64,000 bases of DNA from Octopus sinensis (taxonomy: Eukaryota), in NCBI RefSeq assembly GCF_006345805.1, contig NC_043005.1:6138001-6202000 (forward strand), written 5' to 3'. The translations under genes and the position numbers were made by a program. Shown here piece by piece: positions 27,178 to 42,221 of this stretch. Under the pieces are notes generated by a model that worked only from the letters and a program-made list of their open reading frames with translations, did no database searches and was not told the DNA's origin. Within the stretch, counting starts at the first letter, position 1; the number at the start of each line of letters is the position of its first letter.

Positions 27178-30100
27178 TGAAGGCATGTAGCTTAGTGTTT
27201 ATTCGGTTCATGATCATAAGGCCATGAATTCAATTACTGGCAGTGTGTTGTGTTCTTGAGCAAGGCACACTCAATGTTGTCTCCAAGAGAGTACCTGTTT
27301 TTATATCTACAAACATACATTTGGTTATTTTGTTTGTCACCTGCAAAAGCCTTTCCTAAACCAAGGATTAAGCAAATCCAAAGAGACAATATTCTCAGCG
27401 TTGAATTATTGGATCCTTTATTTTTGATTGTCTTGAAAATGTTGGATCCCAGAAGCTGGGAACATGAGATTGTTGGCCTCTGAAGCTACTTACCTGGGCA
27501 GGTTCAATTTTGACACCCTTCACAGATCCATGGTAAATATACACGGCACCTTTGCCATCTTTACCTCCATAGGGAGCAGAAGTGGCAAAATCTGGAAAAG
27601 TAAAAAAAAAAAGTTATTAGTTATTGTAATTGTCAAGATCATGATGATAATGATGATGATGATTAGCATTGTTGCCATTGTGGTCTTCCCCATCATCAAC
27701 ATCATCACTGTTGTCATTATCACCCTAATGATGATGATCGCTAATGTTACCACTATCATCATCATCATCGACATCATCTTTACAAGCACCACCACCATCC
27801 TCACCATCACCATCATCATTACCATCACCATCACCATAATTATCAAAATTGTCATTGTTGTTGCTGTGATCATCATGGTCATTATCAGTACCATCACCAT
27901 CATCTTCAATATCACTATTGTTATCAATATTGTCATCATTATTGCTGTGACCATTATTATCACCATCAACGACTCTTGACCGTATCATCATCATCATAGG
28001 TATCACTTTGCATCCGTTTTTTCCATGCTGGCATAAGATTGCCAGAGACTTCTTGAAGCAGCCCTGCACAGTAACTGGTTATATTCCAGGAACCAAATCC
28101 GATTTATTTCTTCCAACTAAGACACTTGATTCTATGTTTTCACCTATCAAAGCATCAAAGAGCCAAACTTTTTTTGTTTATGTAAGACTCAATCCAATTT
28201 CATTGCTGCTCAAAGACAACACACAAAATACATCATTTTAAAGTTCATCTTTCCATGGTTGAATGAGTCAGATTTATTGAGGCAAATTCTGTATGACTGG
28301 GGGCCCTTCCTGTCACCAACCCTCAACAGGTTTCTGTTAAGGTTATATTTCCCCATGGCCTGACATATTTTCTTTGAAGATTGGAAAGATATGACACCAT
28401 TTGTATGACAATGCAAACATACACAAATAAAAATGCATTCACACCCTACCACAACATGCATAAACAAAACGGCTGGAACTCACCATTGTAGCCATCAAAG
28501 TTGATATCCTTCAATTTGGCAAACGCCCAACCGAATCTACCCTTGATTGTTTTGCCTACAAGGATGTCTTTGTTGTTTTGGTGGAATGTATGCTGCAAGG
28601 AGATAGATTAGTAAATGTTTAATTAGATATACCCATTAAAATAAGGATTATAAAAATTTTCTGATACCAGAAATTGTATCACAGAATCCTTTGGCTCTAT
28701 GACACAACTTTCTGTTTTTAATACTTTTGTTACCGTATTTCTGCGGAGATGTTCTGTGTTTCTTTCAATTAATTTTAAACATAAAGAATTTAGTAAAATA
28801 ACTTAGTTATCATTAAGCTAGTGCAGGTGTTTTCAACCAGGGTTCAGCCAGTACAGTCCAGGGGTTCCACAAGAAGTTACAAAAACTGCTAAAATCGGCA
28901 GTAATTTTTAATTTTCCTGTGCAGATATGTGTGCATAAGACTATTAAATTATTGCACAGGGGTTCCTCGAGCCAGTGGAATGTTTCCATGGGGTTCCGCT
29001 CCAGCAAAAAGTTTGAAAAGCACTGAGCTAGTGTTAGGAACATGAATTGTAACTAAAGTTTGGTGGAAGATTTTAATTCAGAACTTTTGAATATAAGACT
29101 TTTGTACTACAGAGCCAGAGACAGTTACAGGTGGGATGGTATCAAAAGGGTTAAACCAATGTAACTCTTTAGCATTCAGATATCTCTGTCCCATGTAATA
29201 CTCATTTATTCAAATGGATATCAATTGATTATGCATTATCTTGTAGCTTCAAGTTATTGATTATTTTTAAAATGACATTGTAGGGGAAGTGTGAGAGAGC
29301 CAGATTTGGTCAGTCAGAAAATAAAACAGGTAGGTTATTTTGGCCGGCTTGAATGTTAAAGGGTTAAATTAAAACTTAAGGTAGCAAACTGGCAGAATTA
29401 TTAGTACATGAGATAAAATGCTTAGTGGAATTTTCTCTCACTCTTTACATTTTGAGTTCAAATTGCACCAAGGCCAATTTTGCCTTTCATCCCGTCTGGG
29501 TTCATAAAACAAAGAAACCATCACATATGCTAGAATGAATGGTTTGCTGTTGTCTACTCCACAAAATTATGAAGTAAAAGATTTATTTAGAAAGTTTGGT
29601 GTTGCTTCCTGACAGCTAGCTCAACCAAAATACATCAAGCTGAGTTTCTCAATGAGATATGTATCATCATTATGGTCATCCCTCAAAGTATATGTAATCT
29701 GGTTGACTGACCAGGCAGTTCCCGTTGGGCTTCCCAAGAAGAAGAAACACAAGCCCTGGGTGACGAAGAAGGTTAAACGAGAACGTCGACTCAGAGATAT
29801 TGCTTGGGCTGAATTCAAAAATCTGGATTCGACTGCAGCTTTTGAGGTGTACAAAACTCAACGAGACCGAGCCGTGAAAATCGAAAAGAAAGAACGCTTC
29901 AGTTATGAATACAAAATCGCGGCAAATGCCAGTAGCAATCCAAAAACCTTCTTTGCCCATGTCCAGCGGAATTCCTGCTTGAACAACCAGATTGCAACGT
30001 TGGTAGACTCAACAGGCGTATCGATTGAGGACCCTTATCAACAGAGCCAATTATTTGCCGAGGCTTTTTCAACTATTTTCAAACAAGATGATGGTCGTGA

Positions 30101-32035
30101 ACCCTCTCCATTTGATAGATCGGTACCTCCAATGCTTCGATTGGTCATCACGTGGGACGAAGTCAAACGTGTTATTCAAGGCCTCGATGTCAACAAGGGT
30201 CACGGCCCTGACGGCATACACCCATGGGTTATCAAAGCGTTGGCTCCGGTCATCTGCGAGCCCTTAACACGTCTATTCAATATGTCATTGGCGACGGGTG
30301 TTATACCTGCAGACTGGAGAACAGCGATAATCTGCCCAATTTTCAAGAAAGGGAGCTGCGAAGACCCGCTTAACTACCGACCGGTTTCCCTTACATCAAT
30401 AATCAGCAAGATGTTCGAAACCATCCTTAAGAAAAGTATGATGCTCCACCTCCTAAACACAGCCTCTATCTCTGATTCCCAGCATGGCTTCGTGCCGAAG
30501 AGATCATGCTTGACCAACTTACTAGTAATGGAAGAATTGGTGACGCGCATCCTCGATGATAGTGATGCTGTTGACATCGTTTTATTGGACTTTGCCAAAG
30601 CTTTTGACTCGGTAAACCACCGCCTATTACTTGTCAAGCTTCAAGCATATAGTTTCCATCCGGATATTGTACGATGGGTTGGTGCCTTCCTCTCAGATCG
30701 CTCCTTCCAAGTCCAAGTTAATGGTTCACGGTCCGACGTCTCCAGTGCGAGCAGTGGCGTGCCTCAAGGTTCAGTGCTTGGGCCTAGTCTTCATAAATGA
30801 CTTGCCCGACGACCTCACGCAACACACCCTTCTATTTGCCGACGATATCAAACTGGTCGCTCCTCGCAGTGATATAGAGGATCTTCGTCGATGCCTCCAC
30901 CAAATTTGGAAGTGGTCTAACGATTGGGACCTGTGTCTGAACGTGTCAAAGTGCTGTCATCTGCCTGTTGGCTCTCCTCCTGCAACTCAACTTGATTTCG
31001 AGCCGGGTCGTCTGCTGCTGGAGAGGACCGATCAGGTAAAGGACCTGGGTATCTTGGTGGATTCCTCCTTTTCGCCTTCGCCCAGTGCGTCCATGCTGCC
31101 AACAAAGCACGCGGAATTCTGTTCTTGATTCGACGGTCATTCGGAATGCTCACGGCAGCCATATTCCTACCACTCTATGTCACGCTGGTGAGACCCATAT
31201 TGGAGTATGGGATTCAAGCCTCTTCTCCTTATCTCCTCAAAGACATACAGCATCTCGAAAGAGTCCAGAAGCTGGCTACCCGCATGGTTCATGGTCTCAA
31301 AAATTTGTCCTACGAAGAAAGGCTGAGGACGCTCGACCTTTATTCTCTTGAAAAACGCCGCCGCCATGGTGATCTCATTCTCGCCCACAACATCATAAGC
31401 AGAAAGTGTAACCTCTCGAAAGAGCTGTTCTTCACTCCTGCTCCAGAGCGTCGGCTGCGGGGTCATTCCGAAAAGCTCTACCTGCGACGATTTCATCTCA
31501 ATCGAAGGAGAGGAGCTTTCTCCGTCCGGGTTGCGGATCCGTGGAACAAGCTGCCAGACGATTTTGGATAAGGTTCATTTTTTCAAGAATCTCTCAGAAA
31601 ATTAAAATTTATCTTATATAGGTGCGTTTTCAAACTTCTTTTTTATAAATATATACCCACTCGTATGCCACCTACACTTTATATATATATATATATATAT
31701 ATATAAAGTTAATCCAAACAAGAAAACACAAAAAAACACAACAACGCGAGGACGTGGAACAAATATAGTATTATTGGACGCTCAGGAAAGAAGGGAAGAA
31801 GGAGGGTTTAACGTTTCGAGCGGAGCTCTTCGTCAGAAACATAGGAGAAGGAAAGATCCCGAGAAGGGAAGACAGAGGAAAAAAAATCGCCAACGGTACA
31901 CACGAGGTCACACATACATGCACATCCATACACATGCATGCACATACATATACATGCATACATACATACAAATACATACATTCATACACATACATACATA
32001 TGTGCATGCATATACATACTCACACATACACAACA

Positions 32036-32072
<37 letters not shown>

Positions 32073-35000
32073 CATCTATGCCATAGAAGGTGGAGGAGAG
32101 ATGTTATTACCTTTGAAGATTGGTAATAGACGTAGACACAGCCTACTTCAAATGATACATCTTCGTAGATGGAATGCATTGGAGCTCCAACAATGATATC
32201 ATCTAATCTGAAAGATTAATTAAAAATAAATTAATAAATAAAAGAGTGAACAAAAATGAAAATTAAAATAAGTTGAAATGAAGTTTTAATATGGCTGTGT
32301 GGTTAAAAAACTTTATTTTTAGCTAAGTTCTGTGTATAAGTTGCACCCCAGTTTTTCCACTTAAAATCAAATTTAGAATAATACAACAGATTCGATGATT
32401 GGCATCTGTGCTAGTGGAGAACTAAGAGCACTATCCAAGCATGATCTTTGCTAGGGCAGCTAACTGACTTCCATGCTGGTGGCACATAAAAAGAACCATT
32501 TGAGCGTGATCATTACCAGCATCGCCTTACTGGCACGTGAAAAACATTCAAGCGAGGTCATTGCTAGTGCTGCAGGACTGGCTCCTGTGCAGGTGGTACG
32601 TAAAAAACACCATTTGAGCGTGGCTGTTGTCAGTACTGCCTGACTGGTCCTCGTGCTGGTGGCACGTAAAAGCACCCACTACACTCTCGGAGTGGTTAGC
32701 GTTAAGAAGGGCATCCAGCTGTAGAAACTCTGCCAGATCAGACTGGAGTCTGGTGCAGCCATCTGGTTTGCCAGTCCTCAGTCAAATCGTCCAACCCATA
32801 CCAGCATGGAAAGCGGACGTTAAACGATGATGATGACAACTTAACCACAAGTAAATATAGTAATTATTTTCAAAATGAAATGAAATACAAGGACAGTGCA
32901 TTTGATTGGAAACCTCGTAAAGAAAGGGTTAAGATGAAGCGCCACACACGTGCCGACTAATTATTATTTTTACAAGTTCTTTTAAAAATATGGGTGGAGT
33001 GGTAGATTAGGAAGTAGAAAGAGAAATAAACTCCTGAGTAATAGGCACAGGTGTGTCTGTGTGGTAAGTATCTTGCTTCCTAACCACATGGTTCCAAGTT
33101 CAGTCCCACTGCGTGGCACCTTTGGCAGGTGTCTTCTACTATAGCCTCAGGCCGAGCAAAGCCTTGTGAGTGGATTTGGTAGATGGAAACTGAAAGAACC
33201 CCGTCGTATATGTGTATATATATATATATATATATGTTCGTATATATTTTGTGTGTGTGTGGTTGTTTGTTCCCCTGCCATCACTTGCCAACCGATGCTG
33301 GTGTGTTTATGTCCCTGTAACTTAGCAGTTTGGCAAAAGAGACCAATAGAATATGCACTAGGCTTACAAAAAATAAGTCCTGGGGTCGATTTCTTTGATT
33401 AATACCCTTTAAGGTGGTGCTCCAGCATGGCCACAGTCAAATGACTAAAACAAGTAAAAGAATGAAAAAAAAGCATAAGTTCTTACTTATCCCCATTTAG
33501 ATCTTCAGCTTCAATAGCAGAGCCAAAATATTCTCCAAACTACAAAATTGAAAATGAAAAATAAAAAAATAAAAAAATTAATATATTCAGGTTTTTTTTG
33601 TCAATATAAAACAATATAATAGTGAAACAAAAAAAAAAAAATAATAATGATGATGAATACATTTCCAAAATGATAATGATAATTTTTTACAAAATTAGAA
33701 GGAAATAAAATTTTTATATTATTATGAAATAACTTTTCCAAAATTTTAATGAATAATTTTAAAATGATAATGTTTTGCCAAAGAATATTATCAAGAGTTT
33801 AACGAACACATATTCATTATAAAGGAGTTGCTGTTCCTCAATAACAAAACGCATCGATTGGCACATTCATGTTCAAATCCACCAGAACATATGCAAGTCA
33901 TCGTTTTGATTCCATCAATTTATTGCTTATATCGATTTGCTTATATCAATTTGTTATTGGTTGGCAGCGAACTGTTTGGTGAAGTTATAAACAAGCGCTT
34001 TGAACTCTTGTTAGCTTCATTAGTCCGAAGTGCCTTGGCTGATGAGACACAATAATGTTGAAACCCTGGCTGTTCCAAAGTTCCCCGGTGCTCATGAATC
34101 AAGTGTGTTATGAACAGACTTTTGTTATAAAGAAGATGTTCTCTTGAGATGAAACACAACAGTGGTTAACCTATCCACTCTTGAATCCATTGGAATAAAG
34201 AGTAAAATTATTTTGATTCCCACTGTTTACTGTGTATACAATGATTTATTATTGGTTGGCAGATATTAGCACACATCAGCAAACACTTTGTTTGATGCTG
34301 ACATAACCAAGAGCGTTGCACATTTATTAAATTCATTAGTCTGGGCTGCATCTGATTGACAAGAGACAGAACTAAGTCAAAACACCAGATGTCTCAGAAT
34401 CCCTAGCATCAAAGAATCATATTTGTCATAAAAGAGAAGCTGTTCTCCTGTAATGAAATACAACAGTGATCGGCATATTTATGTCCAAATCTACCAGAAT
34501 ATATTGAGAAGACATCAAACTGATAAATAATTCTTAAAAAAATGCAAATGAAAACAGTGCCACATTATTCAGAAATTGAATTTTTTATGTTATGATTGTT
34601 GCATGCCACAGTGAGCTTCAAAATTACAATGGAATGGTCTTCTAACACTAATAAAATGCTGAAAGCGAAGTCATTGCAATATGGACTTCTATGGCAAAAC
34701 ATTGAATTCCTTGACAAAATTTTTAATGGCACTAGAATGGTCAGTTTAGAAAATATAATATCTAATACTGAAGAAAATGGTTATAGCAGTGACATCACAT
34801 CTGGGATTCAAATGCTGTACCTGTCGTTAAGTTGTATACCTATGCTAACGACCACTCCAAAGTGACTCCACAACTTTGACCATTCAAATTAAAAGATTTA
34901 AACTAGGTAGCTTAGACCATATACTAGTGGCCAGTTAATAGGGATTTCAGTCCACATGGCATCAATGTATGGTACAATATTTCATATAAAACATGGGAAA

Positions 35001-35487
35001 AAACTAACATCAAAGGTAAGATTTGAATGACAGGTCAACGGCTTCAAATATTTGGTTTATTTACCTTCATTAATCAGATTGATGAAGGTGTGCAAGTTGA
35101 AAGTTTGAAGGATTTGTCAATGGCTACCTTGCAAAAATTCACATATATATGTATATATATATATATATTTTACAAGATAAGGGCAGAAGAAAAATTCTAA
35201 TGCCAGATACGCCGAAACAAAAAATTGTCGATAACCATTAAATTTATGCGTCTCGAAACAAACCGATAGAAATCTCTAAAAAATTTGTTATTACCATATT
35301 GGTCCAATTTCAGGGTTAATTCACAAGAAATTTTCCCCTCTTCAGCGGCACATACGCGAGATATAAATGAAATACTTATTCATACCCATAGAAGAAGCAA
35401 GCACTAAGTCCCGAGCAGACTTAAGTACCCCAAATATATCCAAAATAGAAATCTTCGGCGCTCCTCACAAAATCTCACTTACAATAT

Positions 35488-35537
<50 letters not shown>

Positions 35538-35702
35538 AAGTGAGATTTTGTGAGGAGATAGATTCCTCTTTAAAGGGATGTCAAAATCCGAGCGCCCTCT
35601 GGTTTTAATTTATATATCGATATATTGATCAAAGGCTTATATCACAGACAAAGTGTTAATAAATTGATTATGCTCTGTTCAAACACCTCATTTTCTTTAT
35701 GC

Positions 35703-35751
<49 letters not shown>

Positions 35752-36118
35752 GAATTAGAAGTAGAAAGCCCTTGGTACAGTATTATATATTTGAAAAGAT
35801 GTGAATAGAAATGACTTTTTCGATAATTTTCCCAATTTGATAATTAGATGTTCATAAGTTATTAGGTGTTGTCATTTCATCCCCATCATCGTTATCATTT
35901 AATGTCTAATTATTTCTTCATGGCTGGGAAGGTTTTCATGGAAGATTAAAAACAAAGGAAACGTCTTGAATGGCAGTGACACTCACTTACAAATATTGCC
36001 TGATGCGAAAACAAGGAAATATATACAAACACACAAAACGTGTGAATGTGTGTGTGTATATATATATATATACATAGACACACATATGTAAATACACATA
36101 CAAACATGTGTATGTGTA

Positions 36119-36154
<36 letters not shown>

Positions 36155-38435
36155 CATACACGTACACACATACACACCCACACGGTCCTTTTTGAAACAG
36201 TTTTTTCCCAGACTGAAGAACTTGAGCAGGCAAATAGAAGATAGCTCAAGCCAGATGTTCCCTCAAGAAATGTCCTAAAATAGAATCTGCCCTCAATTAT
36301 ATCACCTTCTCTATTAATATCTTCTAGTTTATCAGTTTTATGCACAAGATACATAAACAGAGAGAAGGAAGACGAAAGAAAGGGGGAGAGAGAGAGAGAG
36401 AGAAGGAGTGTGTTAGTTTCAGTTAGTCATAAATAAATCGAGAAACTTTGAGTCAAAATAAAATGTGTGGGATTTTGGTCATTTCATACGAGATACAAAA
36501 CAGGGATGGAAATCGTAAAACAAAAGTCTTTTACTACAATCTAATTTTTCATCATTTCATGAAGTACCAGCTGAGTTCTGGGACAATGTAATTGACTAGC
36601 TTTGTCCCCCAAAATTTCAGACAACTCTAGTAAAGTTCCAACTCTAAACACATGTTATCAGTATAAATTTTATGAAATATTAAATCCTTAAAATCCATAA
36701 AAATGTTTTAGCTCGAAGGCCGCGGCCATGCTGGGGCACCACCGCTGGTTTCAGTGGAGTAGAAATTCTAAACTATATAAAAAAATAAAATTATTTCTTT
36801 ATAAAACTGAAGCAGGAGCTGGACTAAACACTACCAAGTGTCCAGTTCAGTCCACAAGCCTATGTCCAGCACACTAAGAATATGGATTTATGACTAACAA
36901 GCCAGTAATTCATTAATCCTGTGAATTTAACCATTTCACTTCCGTTGTGTCTAAAAGAAGGAAAATGTGAATAGTTCCATCCATTTTTTTAATATAGAAA
37001 TTTTGTGAATTCAAATGTTTAATAATTGAAAAGTTTAACTTACCTGTTGTCCTAGAATACTTTGGAGATGTATTAATTCCTGGGTGTAAATTATAACCTG
37101 GAATAGAACAAGAATTATGGTAACTTATGAGAACTGTTGATATAGAGGGAAAGGAAGATAATGAAAGAGAAGAGGAAAGACTATAGGGCCAAATGTACTT
37201 GAATGATGGAGGTATGAGATCAAGAAGTTCTGAGGAACAGGGGCCATTATGATAGCAATGTAAAAGAGATAATGAGGAGACAGCATGCCTATGGGCCAGA
37301 GACTGGAGTGTGTCTATTAGTGACAGGATGCAAATCAGCAGAGTAACCATTCTCCAAGACGTGAGAGTGCTTAGCAACAGCAGCAGGACCATTCCAGATG
37401 TGGAAGCAGTGTTCCATTGTGGGGCCTCACTTGAGCCTTGTAGAATGTCAGTGACTGTTGGGGTGCTAAAGTAACTTCTGGCCCTTAAGAGAAGGGCTAG
37501 TCTCTGGCATGCGATCCTTCACACGCTAAGGATATGCTTTTGCCAGAATTCTTCAGTTATAGTGAGGCCCCGTATTTGGAGCAACTGCCAGGGTTCTGAC
37601 TCACGATTAGAAGGAATGTGATGCAAGGGTGCTTTCTTAGGGCTTTTGTATTCTTTTCTGTTAAAAGAGACAAGGTTGGCATGGCTCCACTGAACAAGGC
37701 ACACAAAGTCTCTATTTATGTTGTGTAAACCTAAAGGGTGGAGGCACGTGGCTTAGTGGTTAGGGTGTTGAACTCATGATCATAAGGTTAAGGTTTCGAT
37801 TCCTGGACTGGGCGATGCGTTGTGCTCTTGAGCAAAACACTTCATTTTCACGTTCCTCCAGTCCACTCAGCTGGTGAAAATGAGTAATCCTGCGATGGAC
37901 CAGTGTCCCGTCCAGGTGGGGAATTTCTACACCACTGAAACCGGGAAACCAGCCCTTATGAGCCTGGCATGGCTCGAGAAGGAACATTTGTAACCTAAAG
38001 GAGATTTAGCTGCTATTTCTAGTAAGTTGATTGTCCACATATGAGCTTTCTTGTTGGTTCAAGATACATGATGCCTTTTGTAGTAGAAAGAGCAGTGGCA
38101 TTGTCATTGATCAAAAGGTATTCCAGTCCTGATCCTCCCGCTTTTTATTCAGGCATAGTATATCAAAGAATACATCTACCTAATGTATCCCTTTTTATGT
38201 TTCCTTCAAGATAATGCAGTTTGATTTGGAGGACATTTAGCTGCTAGAGGGGATCAAGTGACCACAACAAATGTTTATTTGACTTGAGGCATAAAAGAAT
38301 GTAAGTGTGTATGTAGTCATGGTGGTGGTAATGATAGAAGAAGAACAGGGAACCAAAATAAGGGTACCTCCCACTCCCTGTTTTTTACATATGAGCAGAG
38401 AGAGTGAGAAAGAGAGAGAGAGTGGAAGAGCGAAA

Positions 38436-38498
<63 letters not shown>

Positions 38499-39781
38499 CC
38501 AATGGTTTTTCTATTAGCTTCCACTCAATACAAGAGTATTGTCTGTGTGTGTGTGTGTGTGTGTGAATATTCTATTTTCTTTTCTGGTTCCATCAAATAA
38601 GAGGAGAAAACTTTGTGAAGAAATCATGATTATGTGAAGAATTTGAGGACAGGGAGCAGTGGAGGGGGGAGTAGTTATTTCACAATAAATAGGCTAGTAT
38701 ATATAATACACATAGTTTTATTAAAAGAATGTTGCAGAAAAAATACTGGACAAGCTGAAAAAACATCTCCTCCAAATATTTTCTTAATGTAACTTACCTT
38801 GCCATGATGTCTGTCTGCCTTGGGAGCACTAACCACATAATCTGTAAAATATTAAATATAAATGCCATATTGTAGTCTTAAACAGAAGATGAGATATTAC
38901 CCTCCCTTAGGTTATTATTATTATTATTATTTTTCCTTCTTTCTTTAAATTTTCTTCCGTTTCTCGCCGAGTGTTTTCCGTACACTTAGGGCAGAGAAGC
39001 TCATTGTATGCATTCCTAGATTACACACGCAAATTTACAGGTAAAATATGTATTTAAAAAGAATAATGAATAAATAAATTCATGAATTATTATTATTATT
39101 ATTATTATTAACCCTTTTGTTACCATATTTCTGTTGAGATGTTCTGTGTTTCTTTCAATTAATTTTAAATATTACAAAGAATTTAGTAAAGTAACTTAGC
39201 TATCTTTTAGGAACATAAATTGTGACTAAGATTTGGTGGAAGATTTAAAATTCAGAATTTTTGAAAGCAAGACATTTGTTTTCAACTGGTTCTTATATTA
39301 TTGACTCCAAAAGGATGCAAGGCAAAGCTGACCTTGGTAGAATTTGAACTCAGAATGTAAAGACAGACAAAATGCCACTCAGCATTTTGCCTGGCATGCC
39401 AACCATTCCTGCCTGCTTGCCTGCCTGCCTTACACAAATTTGGTAATATTGCTAACTTTAAAACATTTGATTATCCTGTGCTGAAAACTAAGAAATGAAT
39501 GTTACTAAAAAAGAGAAAATGTGTTTGTATCACCTTGGATATCATCACCATTAAATTCACCAACAGCAGTAGCATAACCTGGATGAAAATAAAACCAGAT
39601 ATATATAGGGAGAGTTTATGAAAAAAACAAAAGACGAAGACAGGTGGTGTACAAAACAAACAGATGTATTAGTATAACGCTCAGGAATAGAAAAAGTCTT
39701 TTATGTTTCGAGCCTATGCTCTTCTACAGAAAGGGACACAGAAAAAAAACAAGGAGAGAAAAAAATGTGTGTAGTGGCTAA

Positions 39782-39834
<53 letters not shown>

Positions 39835-42165
39835 ATATACATATATATAAATAAAACTTACTTGGAAATGGATGCATGGTGTTCGATCATATAATAAAAT
39901 AAACACTATATAAATATATGCATATATACATACATATATGTCATACCTACATATATATGTATATATACAAGCATATATGGGCACAGGACATAAAAAAACG
40001 TAGACAAAACGAGAAACAAGAACATAAAAAAACAAAAACATGGAAAACAAACTTTTTTCGAACAATGAAAGGAAGAAACAGAGAAACGAGACAAGCAACA
40101 TAAAGAACATTCCCTTCATCAGTTGTCCCCTGTTTTATCTACTCCATGTTTTGAAGGTAGGGACAAGATGCAAAGCATAATAGTTCTACAGAACTATTGT
40201 GCTTTGCTCAGTGAGATGGTGGCCTCTCACCCACTTCTACTTTTCCTTACCTAACATGCTGATGTGTTCTACAAAAGATACCAGCTCTGAGTTATAATCT
40301 CAAATCCTGTGCATATTACTTACTTGCAACAGTTTAAGCTTTTCAAACTAATTATCTCTTCAATAATTATGAACTACTTTCATAATATTATCTAACATAT
40401 ATTTCTCTCTTTTATTCTCTTTTACTTGTTTCAGTCATTTGACTGTGGCCATGCTGGAGCACCACCTTTAGTCGAGCAAATCAACCCCGGGACTTATTCT
40501 TTGTAAGCCCAGTACTTATTCTATTGGTATCTTTTGCCGAACCGCTAAGTGACGGGGATGTAAACACACCAGCATCGGTTGTCAAGCAATGCTAGGGGGA
40601 CAAACACAGACACACAAACATATACACACACATACATACATATATATACATATATATGACAGGCTTCTTTTCAGTTTCCATCTACCAAATCCACTCACAA
40701 GGCATTGGTCAGCCTGAGGCTATAGCAGAAGACACTTGCCCAAGATGCCACGCAGTGGGACTGAACCTGGAACCATGTGGTTGGTAAGCAAGCTACTTAC
40801 CACACAGCCACTCCTGCGCCTATATATTACAGAAGATTCTTAAATATTATGTTCGTTATCTCATGAATGTTATTCCATTAAATCGAATCTATGTACACAT
40901 GTAAGTATAAATGATGTGGATTAATAAAAATATAAGAACATTCAAATATTAGTGTGATAATTATCTTCACATGGAGCTTGCCTAATATTGTGAATCCCCC
41001 ACAATACATGGTTAAAACCTACACTAAAAATATTCTTTTCTACTCTAGGCACAAAGCTTGAAATTGGGGGGGGGACAGTCGATTAGATCGACCCCAGTAC
41101 ACAGCTGGTACTTAATTTATTGACCCCCAAAAGGATGAAAGGCAAAGTCGACCTTGGCAGAATTTAAACTCAGAACGTAAAGACAGATGAAATCCCGCTA
41201 AGAATTTTGTGTGGCATTTCTGCCAGCTTGCTGCCTTCTCCACTAAAAATATTAATCTTCCAATCTTTATAAAATGCCCACCACTACCACCAACACCACC
41301 ACAGTGATAGTTGTTATATCAAAATCTCAAGGGTTTATGTAAAAGTACTTTTCTTTCCCTTGTTCTTTGATGGTTTGCTTAAGAATTTGCTTCACATCAC
41401 GGAATCCCAATTACTACCACCAACACCACCACCACCATCACACAGCTGCCATCACCACCACCACCACCACCACCATCGCCAGCATCATGATAGGTGACAA
41501 TCACAGACCCAACAAGGTCCGGGGCAACTGAGACTTTGACTTATCTGTAACACTTAAGCAGTAATGATGTGTCTTATCTGCTCTGCCAGACCAGCATCCT
41601 TGACTGTAACAGGACTGTTTACTTCATGACTCCATAATGATGGGGGTGGGAGGCAGAGGGTAGAGGTGAGGGTAAAGAGTAAAGGTGGATGGTGAGGGTC
41701 GAGGGGGGAGATGATGATGAGGGAGTGGATAATAAAAAAATATAAACAAGGAACAAAAAACGAAACAAAATAAGCCTTTTTTTCCCTTGGGGAGGGGGGG
41801 GGGTTCTCTCTAACACATGTATGTATATACACACAAGGACACGAGTAAATTGATGTGTGTGTAAAAGCACAAACATACACGTGATCCCAATGGAAAGACA
41901 TCTGCAAGAACCAACAGAAAATACACACCAGCACCAGCTCAAATATTTGCACATAATTATATCATCATCATCATCATCGTCATCGTCATCATCATCATCA
42001 TCATCATCATCGTCATCATCATCGTCATCATCATCGTCATCATCATCATCATCATCATCATCGTCGTCATCGTCATCGTCATCATCATCGTCATCGTCAT
42101 CATCGTCATCGTCATCGTCATCATCGTCATTGTCATCATCATCGTCATCGTCATCATTGTCATCG

Positions 42166-42221
<56 letters not shown>

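Noticed and set aside
27464-28069. Hydrophobic Ile/Met-rich ORFs resembling membrane proteins
   Set aside because: Artefacts of a degenerate trinucleotide tract.
40105-40160. CTGATGA in a (TA)n-adjacent repeat (minus strand)
   Set aside because: Could not find a properly placed GAAA with matching stems.
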